DNA of 10,975 nucleotides from Corallococcus sp. BB11-1 (GTDB taxonomy: Bacteria > Myxococcota > Myxococcia > Myxococcales > Myxococcaceae), in contig NZ_JAPNJY010000032.1 in assembly GCF_026626625.1 (NCBI RefSeq), positions 1-10,975 on the forward strand, written 5' to 3'. Shown in pieces: positions 6,805 through 10,975 of this stretch (position 1 is its first letter; every line of letters begins with the position of its first letter). Below the pieces are notes generated by a model. The model was not told where the DNA came from. It ran no database searches and saw nothing but the letters and a program-made list of their open reading frames with translations. The position numbers and the translations under genes were made by a program.

Positions 6805-7359
6805 TTACTCGCGAATCAGCTCCTGGACTGGCTGCCCTTCCGGTCCCACACCATCCAACCGCACGAAATCGACCGAGAAGGGCCAGGACGTCTTCACGAA
6901 GACGTGCTCCAGTCGGCAGACGCTGTTGCCCAGCTTCGTCCACGCCTGGACCTGACAATTGCCGCCGACGCGCGCGGTGGTGATGTCGATGGGGCGCGAG
7001 GGAAAGGCCCGCAGGCGCACCCGCACCCGCCAGCCCTCCGCGGTGGCTTCGACCGGCTGCGGGTCCTCCAGCCCATACACGGGTTGCTCGACCCCCAGCA
7101 GCTCCTCCACCTCCGACGTCCCGCGCTCCAACATCCGCCAGTACACCTGCACGGGACGCGTCCCCACGGGGCGGCAGTCCTCGTCCAGGCGCAGGGCGTA
7201 GTGGACCTGGTTCCGGTTCTCGCTGCGGGACAGGAAGAAGGCGGACTGCGATGGGAGGGGTGCCCCGGCCGCGGAGGCCAGGGTCGCGACGGTCGTCAGC
7301 GCGACGGCAGCGAGGCTGCCGAGCCCGGATTGAGGAAACATGGGGGGTCGCCCTTTCAT
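6805..7359 (-). CDS. secreted hypothetical protein (possibly DUF4833-like; family attribution uncertain)
   Basis: 184-aa ORF. The more likely start is the internal ATG at 7341, which has AAAGGG 9-14 nt upstream. Sec-type signal peptide is MFPQSGLGSLAAVALTTVATLASAAGA. The mature protein is about 150 aa with 3 Cys and the motif SRSENRNQVHYALRLDEDCRPVG. Codon usage is typical. Confidence 0.7.
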   Translation of the reverse strand: MKGRPPMFPQSGLGSLAAVALTTVATLASAAGAPLPSQSAFFLSRSENRNQVHYALRLDEDCRPVGTRPVQVYWRMLERGTSEVEELLGVEQPVYGLEDPQPVEATAEGWRVRVRLRAFPSRPIDITTARVGGNCQVQAWTKLGNSVCRLEHVFVKTSWPFSVDFVRLDGVGPEGQPVQELIRE

Positions 7360-7629
7360 GGCGGAGTGACGGCGGTCGCCCGCGGGGCCTTATCGGAAGG
7401 ACGAACACCCCTGCCACCTGAAACTGTCACTCGCCCTGCACCCTTTTCACCAAAAACGACGCAGGCGGCTCCGGGCACCTCCACCTGGACGCCTACAACG
7501 TCAGCACAACATGACCACGCCCCATGAAGGCACGCTCGACTGGAGCGAGGTCCTGGAGGACGTGAAGGCCCCTCCTCCATCTACAAACCGAGGCGCGGTC
7601 CCCCACATGCCGCTGAAGGCCGGCCCGGG

Positions 7630-8436
7630 CTACTTCACGCCCTGCTGCTGCTTGCTCTTCTCCACCAGCTCCGCGGCCTTGGCGTGGATGTTGTCGAACT
7701 GGGCGCGATACACGTCCGAGTGGCTCTTGCCCGTCTTGGTATCCTTGTCGTTCTGGCGCTTCCAGTAGCTGTCGAAGCTGGGGTCCGCGCCCTCCAGCCG
7801 CTTGCCGAACCGGTCCATCTCCTTGGGCCAGCCCTGGTTCTGGATGCCGTCCTTCATCACCTCGTGGTGGCGCTGGATGCCGTTGTATTCAATGCGCTCC
7901 ATGCTCTTGGCGAAGTTCTCCCGCCGGGCGTTCAGGTCACCGCCCACGACGTTCTTTCCCAGCGCCGCGTTGATCTCCGTCTGGAAGGCATCCTCCCTCA
8001 CCTTCTTGAACTTGCTCTGCTGGGCGACGTTGGTCAGCTCGAAGGCCATGACGCTGGCGCGCTTGGGGCCCGTGAAGTCCGGTCGCAATCCTACCTGCCC
8101 CTTCCCTGGATAGAACATACCGCCCTGGACCTGGGTCATCGTGCTGACGTTGACGGGCTTGTCCTGGGCCGCGGCCGCGTCATCCGCCAGTTGCTTGTAC
8201 TTGGGATTCTTCAGCATCTCCTCGTGCGCCATCTTGTCGTAGGCGGCATGCATCGAGGGATCCGTGGGCGGCTTCTGCACGGTGGGCTGCGGCCCGGCGG
8301 CGGGCCCCTGGGTGCGCTGCTTCTTTTGCGCGGGCCCCTCCTGCACGGGGCCCGGCGTGGAAGGGGTGATGCTGTCGTGCTTGCGCTTGGGCGGAAGCGA
8401 AGGACCCGAACCGGCTCGGAAGATGCTCTTGGGCAT
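7630..8436 (-). CDS. Lys-rich cytoplasmic hypothetical protein with RHHE motif (268 aa)
   Basis: Start chosen at ATG 8436 (MPKSIF...) because AGGAG (plus 8442-8446 is ctcct) lies 5 nt upstream on the minus strand; the longer ORF from 8511 has no RBS. No signal peptide. The N-terminal roughly 90 aa are Pro/Lys/Gln-rich and look disordered. The C-terminal roughly 175 aa are highly charged (K/E/D/Q/N) with no Cys and contain GIQRHHEVMKDGIQNQGW. Local GC is lower (about 62%), which the amino-acid composition explains; GC3 is still high. Confidence 0.8.
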   Translation of the reverse strand: MPKSIFRAGSGPSLPPKRKHDSITPSTPGPVQEGPAQKKQRTQGPAAGPQPTVQKPPTDPSMHAAYDKMAHEEMLKNPKYKQLADDAAAAQDKPVNVSTMTQVQGGMFYPGKGQVGLRPDFTGPKRASVMAFELTNVAQQSKFKKVREDAFQTEINAALGKNVVGGDLNARRENFAKSMERIEYNGIQRHHEVMKDGIQNQGWPKEMDRFGKRLEGADPSFDSYWKRQNDKDTKTGKSHSDVYRAQFDNIHAKAAELVEKSKQQQGVK

Positions 8437-8507
8437 GGGGGCTCCTGTGGGATGGCGAAGCAGGATAGCGCTCTGCCGGAAAGAACACCCGGGGGCGCCG
8501 GTCTGCA

Positions 8508-9293
8508 TCACTTCGCGGGGGGGCGGGCGTCACGAAGGGCACGCTCCAGCAGCGCCCAGGGCACCGTCTTCCGGGGGCCGGCCTCTTCCCCGTCGACGGG
8601 TTCGAGCAGCAAACCCTCCCGCGTCACCTCTCGCGGCAGGTACGCATCAGGGTCGAACGTGTCCGTGCGTTCCAGGCCCAGATGCCACGCGGCCCCCGAC
8701 TCCAGGTCGATGGCCAACAGGGAGAAGCCCGGGTCCATGAAGACGGGCACATTCAGCCAGGCCCGGCCCCGGTGCATTCCCAGCAGCTTCAGGCCACTCC
8801 CGGACGCCGCGAGCCATGCCGAGCGGTGGCGCTTCGGCTGCTCCAGCACCACGTGCGCGAGTGCTGGAGCGCTGGCGGACTGATGCTCAGGCTTCTTCGG
8901 ATCGAGTCGGGCCCCGCCCAGCCATGACAGCAGCAGTTCGCGCTCCGGGTTCGTGGGCGGCTGGCCCGGACGGTGGATGAACATGGCCGAGCAATCCGGG
9001 TTGCCCCCCGCGCACTCCATCTGGAGCGCCACGGTCCGACACGTCTTCGGGACGATGAGCCACAGCCGCTGCGTCACGTACTTGCCGGAGCCCGAGGGAC
9101 CATGCGTCTCGCGGAGGCGGACGGCCCGGCCGGCGGGGGTCTCCACGAGCTCCGCCGTCGTCCCAGAGGCTTCCTCCAGGAAGGAAGGCAGCGTGCACGA
9201 GGCCACCGCCGCGCGAGCTTCGGCCCCGGACGTTGCTCCTGCGTCCGGCGCTGACACGACGACTGAGACCGCAAGGAAGAGAAAGAGGCCCAT
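8508..9293 (-). CDS. secreted hypothetical protein
   Basis: 261-aa ORF. N-terminal signal peptide is MGLFLFLAVSVVVSAPDAGA. The mature protein has 4 Cys (ASCTLP, KTCRTV, MECAGGNPDC). Codon usage is typical. It lies 71 bp upstream of, and co-directional with, 7630..8436. The RBS is weak (GGGGG directly abutting the ATG), so the exact start is uncertain. Confidence 0.65.
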   Translation of the reverse strand: MGLFLFLAVSVVVSAPDAGATSGAEARAAVASCTLPSFLEEASGTTAELVETPAGRAVRLRETHGPSGSGKYVTQRLWLIVPKTCRTVALQMECAGGNPDCSAMFIHRPGQPPTNPERELLLSWLGGARLDPKKPEHQSASAPALAHVVLEQPKRHRSAWLAASGSGLKLLGMHRGRAWLNVPVFMDPGFSLLAIDLESGAAWHLGLERTDTFDPDAYLPREVTREGLLLEPVDGEEAGPRKTVPWALLERALRDARPPAK

Positions 9294-9541
9294 CCCCCGG
9301 CCTAGCGCCCCGGATGTCGACGCGTCAATCCTCCGACCAGACCGTGCGGCAGGTGAACCGCACCGGATTGTCGAGCCCCCAGATGGGTCGTGTTCGAACC
9401 GCTTGCTTCAGCACCGCCGTTTGCCCTCAGCCCGAGAACGAAGAACGGACGGATTGTCTCGTATTGCCTTCACGCGGTGGGGACCAGGGTGCTCTCCTGG
9501 GGGCGCCGTGGACAATGGCTGTCCAGGCGCTAGGAGTCCTC

Positions 9542-10948
9542 ATGCGCGGTTCCCTGCAATCCTTTTCATTGCTGGCGGTCTTCATCCTGGGCCTGCTCAC
9601 GGGTCGTCCCGCCGTGGCGCACGACTCGCTCCGAGACAAAATCGACTCCTACGTCCGCGCGGAGCAGAAGCGGCAGGGCGTGCCCGGTCTCGCCGTGGGC
9701 GTCGTGCACCGCGGCCGGGTCGTGCTGGTGAAGGGGTACGGTTCCGCGAACCTGGAGCATCAGGTCCCTGCCGGGACGGACACCCTCTTCCAGGCGGGCT
9801 CCCTGGGGAAGATGTTCACCGCGACGGCGGTGATGCTCCAGGTGGAGGCGGGCCGTGTGTCGCTGTCCGACAGCATCACGAAGTACTTCCCCGACGCGCC
9901 CGCCACCTGGGCTCCCATCACGGTGCGCCACCTGCTGACGCACACGTCGGGCATCCAGGACCTGGACGGACAGATCGACAACCGGAAGGACTACTCGGAC
10001 GACGATTTCGCGAAGTTCATCTACGGCCTGCCGCTGGAATTCCCCGCGGGCCTGCGGTTCAGCTACAGCAACTCCGGCTACGTGCTGCTGGGCATCCTGG
10101 CGAACCGTGTCACCCACTCCACGTATCAGGAGGTCCTGGGCCGTCAGGTGTTCAAGCCCGCGGGCATGAAGACGGCGCGTGGCATCAGCGAGGAGGACGT
10201 CATCCCGAACCGCGCGGCCGGCTACCAGATGATCGGCGGCGTGGTGAAGAACCAGTGGTGGGTTTCGCCTTCGCTCAACACGACGGGGGACGGGTCGCTC
10301 TACTTCTCCGTGAAGGACCTGCTGGCCTGGGAGGAGGTCGTGGATGAGCGAGCCATCCTGACGCGAGCGAGCTGGAGGGAGATGCTGTCACCCGCGAAGC
10401 TCAACAGCGGGGCCTCGTACCCCTATGGCTTCGGGTGGGAGGTGAAGGAGCGAAACGGCAAGCCGATGCATGCGCACACGGGAGCGTGGCAGGGCTTCAA
10501 GTCGGCCTACTCCCGGTTCCTGGGCGATGAGCTGTCCATCATCGTGCTGGCCAACCTGAGCCAGGCAAACCCCGGGGCCGTCGTGGAAGGCATCGCGAAG
10601 ATCGTCAATCCCGCGCTCGCCGTGCCACCGCTGAAGCCCATTCCGGACCTGGAGCCGCAGGTCACCGCGCGGCTGACGACGCTGCTCGAGCAGACCCGGG
10701 CCGGAGCGTGGGATCCGACCATGTTCGCGTACGTCCCCTGGTGGTTCGTGGCGGAGGCCGGGCCGTACTACCAGGGCATCCTGCAAAGCCTGGGACCGGC
10801 GGGACCGCTGGTGCTGGCGAAGCGGGAGATGCGAGGCGATGACCGCTACTACACGTACCTGGTGCCGTTCGGTTCCGCGACCTGGCGCTACACGGTGGCA
10901 TTCGTGCCGGATGGCCGCGTGTCCGCGTTCAGCCTGGCTGAGAACTGA
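9542..10948 (+). CDS. secreted serine hydrolase of the beta-lactamase / penicillin-binding-protein-like family (class C beta-lactamase-related esterase)
   Basis: Start at ATG 9542 with AGGAG (9532-9536) 5 nt upstream. The upstream part of the 9233 ORF is Arg-rich junk overlapping the divergent gene. Signal peptide is MRGSLQSFSLLAVFILGLLTGRPAVA-HD. Catalytic motifs in order are S-x-x-K (AGSLGKMF), Y-x-N (YSNSGY) and H-T-G (AHTGAWQG) in the KTG position, typical of Pfam Beta-lactamase (PF00144) hydrolases. A C-terminal extension of about 100 aa follows. Stop is TGA at 10946-10948. Confidence 0.9.
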   Translation: MRGSLQSFSLLAVFILGLLTGRPAVAHDSLRDKIDSYVRAEQKRQGVPGLAVGVVHRGRVVLVKGYGSANLEHQVPAGTDTLFQAGSLGKMFTATAVMLQVEAGRVSLSDSITKYFPDAPATWAPITVRHLLTHTSGIQDLDGQIDNRKDYSDDDFAKFIYGLPLEFPAGLRFSYSNSGYVLLGILANRVTHSTYQEVLGRQVFKPAGMKTARGISEEDVIPNRAAGYQMIGGVVKNQWWVSPSLNTTGDGSLYFSVKDLLAWEEVVDERAILTRASWREMLSPAKLNSGASYPYGFGWEVKERNGKPMHAHTGAWQGFKSAYSRFLGDELSIIVLANLSQANPGAVVEGIAKIVNPALAVPPLKPIPDLEPQVTARLTTLLEQTRAGAWDPTMFAYVPWWFVAEAGPYYQGILQSLGPAGPLVLAKREMRGDDRYYTYLVPFGSATWRYTVAFVPDGRVSAFSLAEN

Positions 10949-10975
10949 CCCTGGGCTCGTGTGATGGCTGATTGA

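Noticed and set aside
7511-7768. 85-aa plus-strand ORF partly in the 7360-7629 intergenic region (MTTPHEGTLDWSEVLEDVKAPPPS...).
   Set aside because: There is no RBS. The second half overlaps the 3' end of the Lys-rich gene antisense. The C-terminal part (CCCLLFSTSSAALAWMLSNWARYTSEW) is a typical antisense artefact.
7630-8436. Local GC drop to about 62% as a signature of horizontal acquisition.
   Set aside because: Third-codon positions remain G/C-rich (AAG, GAG, CAG, AAC, TTC). The drop is explained by the Lys/Asn/Gln/Phe/Met-rich amino-acid composition, not by foreign codon usage.
9233-9541. Upstream 103-codon extension of the beta-lactamase-family ORF (MLLRPALTRRLRPQGRERGPSPG...).
   Set aside because: The extension is Arg-rich low-complexity sequence overlapping the divergent gene 8508..9293 and its promoter region. 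An AGGAG RBS sits 5 nt before ATG 9542, and a canonical Sec signal peptide starts exactly there.
1-10975. Search for tRNA/rRNA genes, CRISPR arrays, IS elements and integrases.
   Set aside because: No cloverleaf-compatible segments, no regularly spaced direct repeats, and no transposase- or integrase-like ORFs were seen in any frame. The 10948-10975 tail contains only a 3-codon ATG ORF.

Overview
This is a high-GC (about 70%) bacterial chromosomal window; codon usage and protein families look myxobacterial. It reads as an accessory-like neighbourhood dominated by secreted and lipoprotein genes of unknown function. I found no rRNA, tRNA, CRISPR array or clear mobile element. I call 11 coding features, listed here in window order. 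(1) A 5'-truncated large extracellular protein, 2..1240 +, with an Ig-like/CarboxypepD_reg-like N-terminal portion, a fibronectin-III-like segment and NHL/YWTD-type beta-propeller repeats. (2) A DUF4394-type lipoprotein, 1613..2572 -. (3) A His/Gly/Ala-rich protein with a Pro/Thr/Ala-repeat N-terminus and no signal peptide, 3126..4298 +. (4) A small partner ORF immediately downstream of it, 4372..4893 +. (5) Two paralogous small Cys-rich lipoproteins that share a C-terminal CSPxxxxxC...CFC...W.C module, at 4999..5259 - and 6346..6726 -. (6) Between them, an EamA/DMT transporter whose reading frame is broken by a single-base indel in a C/G homopolymer, 5423..6296 -. (7) A secreted protein that may be a DUF4833 family member (attribution uncertain), 6805..7359 -. 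(8) A Lys-rich cytoplasmic protein with an RHHE motif, 7630..8436 -. (9) A secreted hypothetical protein, 8508..9293 -. (10) A secreted beta-lactamase-family serine hydrolase with S-x-x-K, Y-x-N and H-T-G motifs, 9542..10948 +. All family assignments come from my own reading of the translated ORFs; no database search was possible. The many long Arg-rich overlapping ORFs in the six-frame track are GC-driven antisense shadows and are rejected.
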